A stretch of 55,612 nucleotides of DNA from Chromera velia (lineage: Eukaryota), in the NCBI GenBank assembly GCA_018398765.1, contig JAHBMJ010000132.1, positions 1-55,612 of the forward strand, given 5' to 3'. Both the position numbers and the translations under genes were made by a program. Each line of letters begins with the position of its first letter. Positions within the stretch are counted from its first letter, which is position 1. Below are positions 11,589 to 24,300 of this stretch, piece by piece. A model generated the notes under the pieces. The model ran no database searches, was not told the origin of the DNA, and saw only the letters and a program-made list of their open reading frames with translations.

Positions 11589-13358
11589 AAAAAAAGGATA
11601 GAGGAAAGAAGAGAGCAATTGAGAAAGTCAGAACATGATTTTAAGATGATCCTGTCCCCTTTATTCTGCCGTGGACGACCACACATGTCTTTCTCAATCT
11701 GCTTCCATCACCGTTTCTTTTTTGCACGCCTCAATTGGTGTTTCCTGTCCTGTTTTGACGATATTATCTCTATTTACCCCTTTGAAGCCAAAGAGGGAGA
11801 CGGATCAAACCACGGCGGCTTTCAAATAGAGGAGAAGAAAAGACTGCCAATATAAAAAATAATTGGTTGAATGATCTGATTACACATGAATAAGCACATT
11901 TATAGCAGATCAGAAGACGATTAAAAGCTTTGAATGGAAGTATGCCCCCCTCTTGATTCTTTACCGAGGGGGGAAAGACACTCTGGGGTCCCCATGCAGG
12001 CAGGCCATTCAGACACGTCCAGCAAACGGAGTAAGTAACTATTGATTAATTAAAAGGACAGACGGTCAGCTGGTAGAGAAAACAAAAGACTCACTCATCC
12101 TGCCATCAGTTGAAAGCTTGCTTATCAGCAGCTCCGTCTCAAATCTCTTGTCCAGCTATTATTTCTTCTTTTCACAAATGCATGTTGTAGATGTGTAGAT
12201 GGACCGACACAACTTGGCACGCATATCAATCATATGCAGCCACGAACACAAGGTGATCGACGCATGGAGGGAAGACCAGCCGGACTTGAAACACAAGTGC
12301 ACGCTTTCTGCCGTTCATGTCCTTCAATGGGCCTTCGGCCGTTGTTCTGCAATTTGTTTGCATTTGTTGACCTGCTCCTTGTATACATACTCCCATGGAG
12401 CACCACTGTCTGACTGGTCTCTTGATGCGATCTCTTACTTTCATGCATTCACTCACTCATGCACTCACCCAAGCACTGTCCTGATTGCGGTCCTTCAGTC
12501 TCCCCCCCCAAAAACAAAGAAAGAATGATAATCAGGTAGTCAGGCGAAATGTTTAACACCCCTCATGATATCATAAAGCGAGAGAGAGAGGGAGAAAAAA
12601 TGTATATCGGCAAGGAGATGACTGAAGCGAAGGAGACTTAATTCAAAGACTCGTTGTTGCGAAGGAATTAAGGCCAAAGTAGACTGCCTGTACGGACCTT
12701 CCCTTCTTTTAGAGTCTCTTTCTCATCGATCTGCCCTCTCCCCCTTGCAACTTAGAAAGTGTGCACATCTTTTGTGTTGCCTTGCAACCAACATTCAATC
12801 ATGAATGAATAGCTCCTTTTCAACTATTCCAGAAGCATCCTGCAAGCAGCCTCATTAACTGAGGCGGTGCACCCACTCCTTCCCTAATAACTACCCATCG
12901 TCCTCTCTGCCTACCTCCTCTCATTCGCTTTCTTTAACTGAATTTTTGACTCTTGATTCGTCACATTGATTACTCTATACCGACCCTCAGCTCGCTAAAA
13001 AGTACTTTTCGATCGTCTCTGCACATGAGGAGGCTAGCTCCTAGCTCTTTTTTCCTTGTCTACGCGGTGCTGTCTGTTTGCCACTGCGCATGCTCAATGT
13101 TGAATAAAGGCATCCACATATCTTCTGCTCTCAAGGCTCCATCTATGAAAGCAGACGAGCGGATTACTTTTGCACACGTGCACAAGAGACGATTAAACCC
13201 ATTCTTGCTACACAGCCAGGTGAATGTACAACACTTCTTTTTTATATTCTGGAAGTCCGGTCGGGCACTTATGTGGGCGGTCATAGAGCACTGTATGCAA
13301 GGAATGTTACACCTTCGAGGTATAGAGCCTGTCCGTGTTCCACCATCGCCTTCCGTCT

Positions 13359-14205
13359 ATTCAAGTATTTTTTAGATTCGAACTTGACTTTTTAATCCGA
13401 ACTTTTCAGGTGTTTTCGAAACAACATTTTATGTTTTAAATTTATGTTTAGATGTCTTTGAAATTTTATTAAACAGATTTTTAATTTTTCAGATCTGTTT
13501 GAAACAAAATTTTATCCTTTAAATTTATGTTTAGATATGTTTAAAATTTTATTAAACAGATTTTTAACTTTTTAAGTCTGTTTGAAACAAAATTTTATAT
13601 GTTTCAAATTTATGTTTAAATATGTGTTTAATATTTTATCAAACACATATCAAATATATTTTTACATTTTAGTACGTAACTAAAATAAAGTGAAACACAA
13701 ATCTTATCCTACAATATCCTATCCACGTAAAATTATAATACTATAATATACTAGGCCTATCACAGAGAAAAAAAAAATAATTAAAGCCAATTCTCACTTA
13801 TTTTTTTTTTTAGGCAGTGGACATAGCAAACAACTGTTGTTTAGGTGCTGCATAGGTGTTGTTTGAGTGTTGTATAACTGTTATCAACTGTTGCTTTAGT
13901 GTTGCGCAAAAAATAAAAAAAATGCAAGTCTCCTACCAATTAATGAGACTACCATACACAGAATCAGCTAGTGCATACAATATCTTGGTTATTGAAAAAA
14001 AATTTAAATCACTGAACTTTCCTAGAAACTTTCAAAAATACACTTTTAAATGAGGTCATTTTTTAAAGTGAAAAAAAAAAAAGATGATAAAAAAAAATGG
14101 TTTGTGACGCTTAATTTTTTTTTTTTTAACAAGATGATTTTGTTTCAAAAACACCTAAAAAGTTCGGATTAAAAAGTCAAGTTTGAATCTAAAAAATACT
14201 CGAAT
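13359..14205. mobile_element. MITE-like element with ~65-bp TIRs and 4-bp TSD, 847 bp
   Basis: attcaagtattttttagattcgaacttgactttttaatccgaactttt..gaaacaa is mirrored at ~14140-14205. gtct flanks both sides (13355-13358, 14206-14209). Internal ~83-bp AT-rich tandem unit, about 2.5 copies (~13415-13625). Confidence 0.85.
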
Positions 14206-14324
14206 GTCTGTGCCCTTCCCGCCCGCCTCACGCCCCGACCAAAAAACGCGAGGAAAAAATGAACATTCGCACATACGAACGACGCAACTCGGGCACCATG
14301 AACACATTTGAGAGCGACCACGTA

Positions 14325-14582
14325 TCATCCGTTGCCTGCAGAGAGAGGAAATGAACAAGGAACGGGATGTTTGGAAGGAAAGACTGGAGAGCACGAGAAA
14401 GACCAGCATCGAAAGCAAGCACTGACAGAACAAAGGTAGGCTGATGGAGAGAAGAAAAAAGAAAGAGGGGACCAGCGAGTTCTCTACACGCGCATGAAAA
14501 TGCAAACACACAAAAGAAGGAAGTCGACCCACCTCTACTCGACAACGCAGACCCCACTTGTGAAAGTCCGTCTGCACACACA

Positions 14583-14646
<64 letters not shown>

Positions 14647-15316
14647 TACATACACAAACACAAACAAACACACAAATACATACACAAACACAAACAAACA
14701 CAAATACACACAGACACACAGAGAGAGAGAGAGAGAGAGAGACAGACCGAAAGGAAGATCAGTAAAACTGATACGTGTCTGTGTCCGTGTCTGTACTTTA
14801 TTCATTGGGGAAGCATGCAGTGCAAAAAGAGGCGCGCATGTGTTGTAAGACAGGCCTTTCCATTAACGGCAGAGCTTGCAACGATCCTGTTCAGACAGCC
14901 GGAAGGAAGGGGAGGGTTCACACCTGTACGATTCTGCAAGAAGGACTTTGCGGTCACAGAGAGGCGAGCAAGCAGACATTCAGACAAGCCGGCACACAGG
15001 CAGAGAAAGACAAGAAAGAAAAGAATGAGGGAGAAGACGACAAGCATGAGAAACTTCAGTCAGAACTAACCGACCGTCGCCGTCTCCAATTGAATCTACA
15101 TTTGCCCTCTGCCCTATTGTCTTCTTCACAGCCCGCAGCTGCAGAAAGCAAAGCAAAGCAGAATGAAAGGGATCATAGAGTTTACTCGGCAAGATTCCAT
15201 GCAAGAGTTGTTTCCTGTCGTTCAACCTCACAAACAAGACGCGCTATCATGATGCGTCTGTCGATTGTATGTTTGTGTCTGTCTAAATTGGTTCTGTTGG
15301 CTCCATTGGGTCTTCG

Positions 15317-15348
<32 letters not shown>

Positions 15349-18300
15349 AATCAGTCAGTCAGTCAGTCAGTCAGTCAGTCGGTCAGTCAGTCGGTCAGTC
15401 AGTCAGTCAGTCAGTCAGTCAGTCATGCAGTCAGTCAAGAGGAAGGCGGCTGCATGCTGTCAGTGAGTGTGCTGCCACAGGAAGGCATGCCAGTGATGTC
15501 TGGCTTTGGTGTCTGCAAAGAGTGCCTGCTTAGCTCAAATCAGTTTCCTGTTGTCTCTCGCATGTATCGTCTTCGTTCCCCACTACACCATTCTGCTTCC
15601 CTCCCGGAGAAAGACACAAAATCACAGACATTTGCACTTCTGTACTTACATTCCTAAAACTGCGATTCAAAGAATCCCCCAAAGTTGCCACTTTCTTTTC
15701 CAGAGCAACACACAGACGCAAATTTTCCTCTGCGATGTCCTCGCCGTCGTCCCCCCCCCCGTCGTTCGTGTTTGTCTCGGCACTCGGCCAGGGGATTTCT
15801 TCTGACTGTTCGCTTGTGTAGGTCTCTATCCTGTCTGCCCGCTTTCCGGGGCCCAGTTTGGGCGGCTGGAACTGCCGAGAAAGGTGCACCTGTACACCCC
15901 CAGTGACGCCAGGGATCCGCTTGTTCGTGAACGTCAACCGCCTATTAAAGTCGATCGAAGTGGCGTACTGCAATCACGGAAGAAGGACAAACAGTAAGAC
16001 AGGGAGGAAAGGGAATGTTCAAAGAAATGTACACGACCTTCGTCCCCTACCGTCATTTGAGAGCACACGAAAGTCGTCTAAGGTCTATTAGGAATTTTTT
16101 TATTCGCTTCCCGCCTCAATTTGCATTTCCTTCGTTCCTTTGTCGTCCACTGAGGTGGCTACACGCACATTTTCCCGTTTGTTTCTGGTGCCTTTCCTTT
16201 CTTTCCTTTCTAACTTTTCTCTGCTCTTCATCTATCAGACCCCCAAACGTCCTCTCCGTCTACCCAAATGAAGGTTCAGAGGATTTACTGATTGACTCAC
16301 TGACTCACAGACTGACATGGTGGAGTGTTTCTGGCTGCATGGACAACTCGATGTCAGCAATCGTGCAGAGCATCCCCAAGTCAGCCAGCCGACTGGCCTT
16401 CCCATGGACCTCCAGAGCCCCCTGCACTCACAAGGACAGAAACAAAAAAACAAACATATAAATATGCAGAGGGTCGTTCAATCGGGTTGGGAGAAATTAA
16501 TGAGATCTACTCAGAGACATAAAGGCAGACCGGCAAATGACAGAAAACAGTGAGACATCAACAAAACCACTAGAGGCATGTCAGAAGCATTTTCTTTTTT
16601 TCTTTCTGTGCCCCTTCCTCCTGGCCACGCCTATCAGTTATGCGCGATCCTTTCCATCTATCCTCGTCTACCCACAGACGTGAGTGCGAATACGCTTCAA
16701 AGTCCTTTCAGACCATCTATCCGCATGCAGACCTCTTCCCTTCCCTTCCCTTCACACCCAACGAACGAAAAAAGCAACCAACGAACGAACGAACCCCGTA
16801 CCCCCCTACCTGCACGAATGTTGCCACGAGTGCGTTGGTGAGAAGGAACACGAACGTGATCATCAGCACCAGAATCAGAGCCGCAGTGGTCCACGAAATT
16901 TCTGCCCAGGGGGGGTCCCAAATTTTGCAGAGGAGCCCTGCATGCGCTCGAAAATTAAAGGCATGTGCGTGCGTGCGTGCGTGCAGGGAAATGAGAATTA
17001 AAATACAAGGACGGGATGATTGGCAAAGTCAAATCTTTTCTTCTGAGAGAGAGAGAGACGGGCCAGGGAAAGGAAAGTCGTTCCAGACGAACAAAAGTAG
17101 GGAGGCGGGGTGAGTCTCCCTTCTGTCACAGAGGCCTTTGAATCTCCCATAAAGCTCCCATAAAAAAAATACAGACGCGAAGACGCACGGCAGAACAACA
17201 AAGAGAAAGAGACAGCAGACCTATCAATGTTCCCAGCATCCTAGGGAAGTCCTTGGCCTCGTCCAATTCGTCCTTTGCGAGTTGCGAAAGCGCAAAGGCC
17301 GACCCAATCAGCAAAAGCGTCTGCATATTCATGTGTGCACATGAACTGTTTGGAAATCGAAAAAAGATCAGAGGCTAGAATAAGAGCAACCAGCGGGCAG
17401 CATTCAAGAAAGGGCATTTCCAACATGTCAGTGCATCTCTCGCCCTCCCTTACCTCCTGTGTGACTGAGCACAAGAAGTACAGAGAACCGGACTGTAAAA
17501 TCGCACAATTTCCTTGTTGGAGCCGCTTGTTAGAGGCAAAACCGACCGAACAGAGAGAAAGCACGATACAAAGAAGTGCTTTTAAAGAAGCACAAGACAT
17601 ATCCGAATCCCCCCACACAGAAGAACACTCACCGAGACGCTCAGGAAAGTGCTGGCTGTTGCGAGAAGTTCGCATATGATGGTGAAGGTCACGGCTGCGT
17701 ATTTCCACAAGACGAAGAGATCGAATGTACCCAGAAGAAGAAAAATCACCCCGGCGGCAGCTATCACCTTCTCGGGGTCCTCTGCCGGGTCGGTGTCTCT
17801 TTTCTTCTGCACATACAGACAGACATGCACATGTGAACATGCATGATGTGTACGCATAGCCCTTCATTGACTTCTTTTTGTGCGGAGAAAACGTGTGAGC
17901 AGCCATTTGCGGAACGTGAAAACCATATAAGGAGATCAATCGGCCATGAAAGTAGAAAAGCATCTCTGTCTTCTCCACCTTTCCCGTCCACGTGTCCAAG
18001 GGTACAAACAAATGCTGCAGCTAGGAGAAATAAAACACACACGTAAACAAGCATGCATGTATGAGGGCAGCCCTACCGTTCCCGCCAGATACTTCTCCAA
18101 GGTACCGCTCCCGATTTCCTCGAGGTACAGGGCCACAATCAGAAGGGAAGACACAATGCGATGCCAAGAGCTCCCAAGAGAGAGGTGGAAGGGGACCTGC
18201 ACTCATGCGGGCAGAAAGGAGGAAGGAAAAGAAGACATGCAGGGCTTTTCTTTCAATCAGGACTTTAGTTCATTCATCCTAGTGGCTTCCTTCCGTGAAA

Positions 18301-21300
18301 AAACTAGCTCGACATGGTCTGAAACAAGAACTAGATTCGTAAGGAAGACGTAGCAGAAGTATACAGAGAAAGTACATGACCACTCCAAGAGGCTTACAGC
18401 ACCGCACACAGCCTCGATGCAGCAAGAGACCTCTTTTCCTCTCCGCCTACGCGTCTGACCTGGAATCTGACATCCATGCCCCCCAGTCTCGGAAGTGTCT
18501 GCCCCCTGCTCCACTGCACCCACACCCTGTGTCCGATCAAGCCCATGCTCACAAACGCCAGCAGACACGCCAGCGATTGGAACCCCACAATCATCGCCCC
18601 CATCGTCGGCTCGTTCCCGTGATCCAAAATGCAGAACCCAAGCAGAAACGCCAGAAGCTGCACACACACACACACACAGAGTTCGTATGAAGTATGGTGC
18701 ACACACATTGTTTTTGTAACCAACTTTAGACCACGGCACTCACCAGGGTAGTACTGCTGTTTAGAGGGACGCTACACCTGTGTGTCTGTATGCGTGTATG
18801 TGTGTATGCGTGTGTGTATGTGTGTGGGTAAGTGCAGTTGAATGTGAAGGGCTCAAATGGCGATCATAGTCCTGCGCTTTCATGTGGTCTCTGCACTTTG
18901 CACTTCAATCCGCAATTTGTGGCTCCTTTGCCTCTCTCTATCTGTGAATCGAAGAAAGAAAGAAAAAAAGAAAGAGGCTTCTGCCCCGCCTCGATTTGCT
19001 CCCCTCCTCTCCCCTCGCCTTACTTACCGTGCTTTGGAAGACAGCCTGCCAGAGAAGAAAGTGCCGTCTCGCAAAGAGAGACCACTTCGTGTCCTGAATT
19101 GAATTGAAAGGGGCGAAGGCGTGTAGAAACAAGAAGAACGAACAGAAAAGAAAAGAAAAGAAAAGAAAGCAACAGGTGAGTGAGATGCAAGTGAGGGGGA
19201 CCAGAAGGGCAGCCGACAGTGTCCATCAGTCACTTTCAAAAGACTGCAATAATTTTTCACACCAGGAAGAAGACGAAAAAGAGTGACGATTTTCAGATTT
19301 GGACTTCTCAAAAACGCAACTCCCTTCTGTATCGCGATCTCCTGAGTGGTTGGTTGAATGCGAGGAGGGCCGAGTACGGATGATTTTGCGAGCGTTTTTG
19401 GTGTCTGTTTCAAGCTATATCTCTGGACCTGTATGTTTGCTCTGTGTCTATGCGCACACAAGTGCGTATGCAGGTCTTGCGTCCCATCCTTGGTCCGTCG
19501 TGCAATCTAGCTACGTACCGTAATAAATTTGCACACAGGATGCGACGCGACTGTTTCGTTTCTGAGTCTGGCAACTGAGGGGAGCAGGCTTTTGTTGAGG
19601 TCTGGCCAGAGGAGGTTCCCTTCTGGATCAGTCATCATGGGATCTCCCCACAACTCCCGGACGAAAAAAATCACACGACGCGTCCCTCTGGAGATCTGCA
19701 CAGGAAAAGAAAAAGCAGAGTCACGCATGGACGAAGAACAGTCACTCATGAACGAAGAACAGTGGCGCATGAACGAAGAACAGTCACGCATGAACGAAGA
19801 AAGAGTATTCAGCCTACCGACGACCTGTCTTCATGAGAGACGCAAAATCTCTTGTCATGTGTTTCACTGAGATATCCCGACAAACACCCGGACAGCAGTT
19901 TTACAACCTTTTTCTTCCTTTTTGTTGGAGTAGTATCTATTCATGCTCTTCTGCTGATGTGCAACACAGACGAATGAATACACATGCACGGAATGAAGAA
20001 AGGTTAATTCTATCTACCAACCAACCCTATTTGAGCACCAGATATGTCCGTCCAGGAGGTCCACCAAGAGCTCGGGAGCGCTCTTGCAGATTCTGTCCAC
20101 CAGCTCACCTCCGTGTGTCTGCCAGAGAACGTCTTTCCCGTAGTAGATCCCCGTGCGGTTTTGCCGAATTGCGAGGACGTCCCGAATCTGCGCGCAGGAA
20201 CTCCAAGAAGATAGAAGGGACCTCACCATCATCATCCTACAGAATCCAACGTCTATTAGGGGAATTCTGTGCCATGTATTTCGTTGGCCAATCAATGTCA
20301 TTGACTTAATAACGTCACTGGTGGAGTGAAACACAGAAAGGGACTAGCGAGAGTGGAGAACCACAGAAAGACAAACAATACAGAGGGGATAAAAGGGGAG
20401 TGAACGGCCGAGAGAGAGAATCGACTGACCAAGACTCGGGCGATGTCTGCGTAGCCAGAGTCGACCATCCTGCAGGCAGGCACGCATATTCACGCACAGA
20501 TAGACATTTAGTCAGGAAAGTGCACAGGGTCGCTTCTCAAATGGACAACAACTCAAGCAACGAAAAACTAAACAAGACACCCTTTTATCCCCCTCTCGCA
20601 TTCAGAAAAGCGAGTCAGCAACGTGAGAACGGACTCACCAAAGTATCGGAGACCTGCCCTCTCCCGCTATCTGGACGTTGCACGCCCATGCACTTCGGAA
20701 TCCCCTGGGAGCCTCTCGGAGGGCCTGGGAGACGTCTGAGAGGTTCCTTGTGATCAGAGCCCGTGTCAGAGGATGGGATGCAGCCATGATGATCTCACCC
20801 AGGCCTTGGAGGGACTGCACAGGGGGGGGGCGGGGGTCACGAATGCAGACATGAACACAGGATACGGAGAATGCTCAGAAGAGAATACTGCGAGTGAAAA
20901 AAAACAGAGCCCTTGATGCTGGATTCAGTGGTTTTTTCATGAGGATGCATGCGATCAAACTATACTCAGGCGACTATCGTATTTGCATGTTTCATTATTG
21001 CGCTTCAGTCAATCGGACGGCGTACACGCACTCTCAATTTGGCCCAAGTGAGAAATTGAGGAAAGTGCACATCGACCAACAGACAAATAGATCGATCCCA
21101 TGTGTATCGATCAGCTGATTGGTGGTACAGCAACTTCAGTTTCTCGGAGTTTCAGCAAACACAACGTCACCGTCGTACGCCTGAGAAACGATACATGCAT
21201 TGATCCTTGCCGATCCGTTTTCACTCTTCCAAACCAAGAGAACTGGTTGATCGACTGACCAGAACCATATACTTCTCCACCGTCGCTGCTGCCTTCATGC

Positions 21301-24300
21301 CCATCGCCTCTGGCACAAAGTGTCTGAACACCTCACCCCATACTTTACCTGCTTGCAAGAGAGGAATAAATAACCATTGGCCAATAATGAAAACAACTCT
21401 TCAGCGTAGTCGTATGCTGACAGGGTACAGACTAGGCTGTCTCGTATTGTTTGTCCGCACATGTTTCTTACTTAACAGAGATCGAGCAGCGGTCCCTCTC
21501 TCTCGCGTTCTCCCTGTTCCTCTCTAGCTGTTGGAGACCGGTGTTTTCTTGCCGCTTTTTTTCCAGCTTATGTTTCTCTGGCTCCCTTCCATTTCGCATC
21601 TCTCTCCTTGGTTGTTCTGCGCTTCCACTTCTTCCCGTAATATAGGTCACGGACGCCCCCCCACTCTCTCCCACATTCGGCACTTTGTGGACATATACTC
21701 AAGAAAGAAGGGCAAAACAACGGCCAGAACGCACATCAGCAAAACAAGGAACCGACCGTAGACGGGAAGATCTGCAGGTGTCACTCCAAAGTTTACGCTG
21801 CAGACAGGAAGAGAATTAACAGGTAAAGACACACACAGAAAGGACTTTTCCAACACACAAAAATCGCCACTTCACCTCATCAGAGCCAGCTCAAAAGATA
21901 CACCTCCATTCACAGGTAAGCTTCCCTCCTGACATGCCAACTGCCACACACCCCTTTCCACTGTTACGGGGAGAAGATAGAAAACAGATGGGTAAACGAA
22001 GCGAGAAGGCAAGCTGTGAAAGTAGAAGTGGGAAAGAGAAACGCGTAATGAAAGAAAAGCAGCCAACATGTAAAGAAGGGTCCAGATCCTTGCATGTCCA
22101 CAGGAGCATCGAAGATTCAGTCGTCAACGAATTGACTTTCAGTCTCGGCTTGACCGCCTGCCTGTCTGAAAGGGTAAGTGAGTGACACCTCCATTCTCTT
22201 CGGGGACTCATTTAAATTCACATTCCCCATTGACCAACCATATGCAAATGAATCAAAAGAAAGAAAGACAGAAAGAAAGAAAGAAAGAAAAAAAAAAAAA
22301 AAAAGAAAGAAAGAAAGAAAGAAAGAACCCCATATTGATTGATGCATGGTCAACAACTGACTGCTCGACTGCAAGATCTCGGTCGTCTGCCCAGATGCTG
22401 GCGGGAGCATCTGCGTATGCCAACACTCGAATCATCTGTTTTTGGAAAGTTCTGCAGACAATTCAGGGAGGGCATTCAGGAAAAAGAAAAATGAAGGCTC
22501 ATTTTATTTTCTTATGATTTTGGCAGGACCATATGGAGGGCCCATCAGTGGACAGAGTGACTCTAGGTGAAACCCACCCTAGGGAAGTGCGTGTTGTGAG
22601 GAGAAAGGGCTAGCTATTCTGCTCTCTTCTATAGACAATCACCCTGCATGACTCGCATCCCTATCTCCGACTGTTGTTCTGTCGGTCCTGTTTGTGTCGT
22701 TGCTCGGAAGTGTGAATAACCTACTTCTATTTTCGCGGAGATAAAGGAAACTGCAGAAACAACTGAGAAGAACGAAAACCTGCTGACTCACTGACTCACT
22801 GACTGACTGACTGACTGACTGACGTGTAATACATATCGTTCCCCTTCACCCAAATATGTATGTGTGTTGGGGCTCTCTTGAAAAGAATATCAAAGAACTT
22901 GTCACACACCACCGAGGCAACGTCGGCTCGAACCTTTGGGGCCTTCTCAAGCCGTCTCTCCAAGGCACTCATCTTCTTCCGCCTCTCCCCAACCGTCTCC
23001 CTGGGTTCTCCCCCTTCCGTGTCTGCCCCAGTGGGTTCTTTCTGCTCCGTCGTCTGGGGAACCAACTCATCAGGCATAAGCCCTGCCGGCTTCTTCCCCG
23101 GTGCTGCCCCGAAAACTGCCGCACAGGTTGTGTCAACGAAGATGTCCCTGCTGTGATCCACTGCCGAATTGGGGTCGCCTTCTATGGAGAGGATCACATT
23201 CCTCTCCACACTCGCCCACACCTCACGGAGTGTCTGTGCTTCCTCAGGGGTCCATTGACTTTCTTTCTCCTGCTCTACCAACTGCCACAACCAAACCCAA
23301 ATCTCCTCATGCTCCGCATTCCACTCTCTGTCGCCCACTGCTTCCGACAGAGCCTGGACAACTATTGTACGCAGACGCACGACGTTGGGCACTTTCCCAA
23401 AATTCGCAAACACCTTCGACCAGGGCACCCCTATTGAAGCCATCACCCCCCGCAGCTTGTCTAACGAGCTAACGGCCTCAACAAGAAACTCCAAAAGACT
23501 CACCTGACAATAAAGGGGGGTTGGAAGAAAGGAAATTTTGCAAAACACAAAAACATGAAAAAGGTCAGGAGCCACAGAGCCTAACACAGCAACACAAAAG
23601 CACCCATACACTGAGCGTACCTGCAAGCCAACAAGGGCAAAACCCAAAAGTGGGGAGGGAGACAAACGAAGAAGTAGGCCAACGTACACGACAAAGAAAA
23701 ACAAAGCGACTGTGGGGAAGGAAGCAAACCTCTCATAAATAAGATAAGACTCACCAGGTCCTTTGCAAGTGCCGCCTTTTGACCCACAGACTTCGCTGCA
23801 CTTTTTGACTTTTTGGTAAACCCATCCGACTCCCCTCCCCCACTCCCCCGCGGTGTTGCCGCGGTTGCAGTCACACTCTCCACCATCAGATGAGCAGAGA
23901 TTTTGGCTGCAAGTGCCTCCTTCCCCAGTTGCCCAGTCACGGTCTTCCAATCACTCTGAATAATCGACAGACTCTTCTCCATCCTCTCCAACCCCGCACG
24001 CAGATGTCCTGCCACCCGATCGTATGCCCAGGCCCACGCAGTCTCCTGCATGTCCTCCCACTGCTCCCCCAAAACAGACTCGAGGGAATCAAGCACGACC
24101 TTCCCTGCAGAAACATGAAAGGGAGCTCAGTCGAGTCGAGTCGAGTGAGTGCAAATATGAGAAAGGGGAGACGTACAGCGACGCATGCATGAAGGAGTGT
24201 CCACAAGAAGACGCATGCAGACACAAATCTTCCCACTACCCTCTCAAAGGACATGCATGCACAGAGAAAGCACATAAATTAAGGTGATGTGACACATAAA

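Noticed and set aside
9700..13350. Genes in the 9.7-13.3 kb interval
   Set aside because: Only short ORFs, with no coherent exon chain or recognisable motifs. Looks like decayed repeats and low-complexity DNA.
14775..15533. 252-aa plus-strand ORF antisense to the channel 3' end
   Set aside because: Runs through microsatellites and has no domain signal; the minus-strand exon chain explains the region.
18743..18778. Extra channel exon ending in a strong CTG|GTGAGT donor
   Set aside because: Candidate acceptors give either a stop codon or a length that is not a multiple of three; the flanking exons already join in phase 0.
20227..20236. Micro-exon GATGATGATG between ctgtag and gtgagg
   Set aside because: 10 nt would break the frame; 20430 joins 20187 cleanly.
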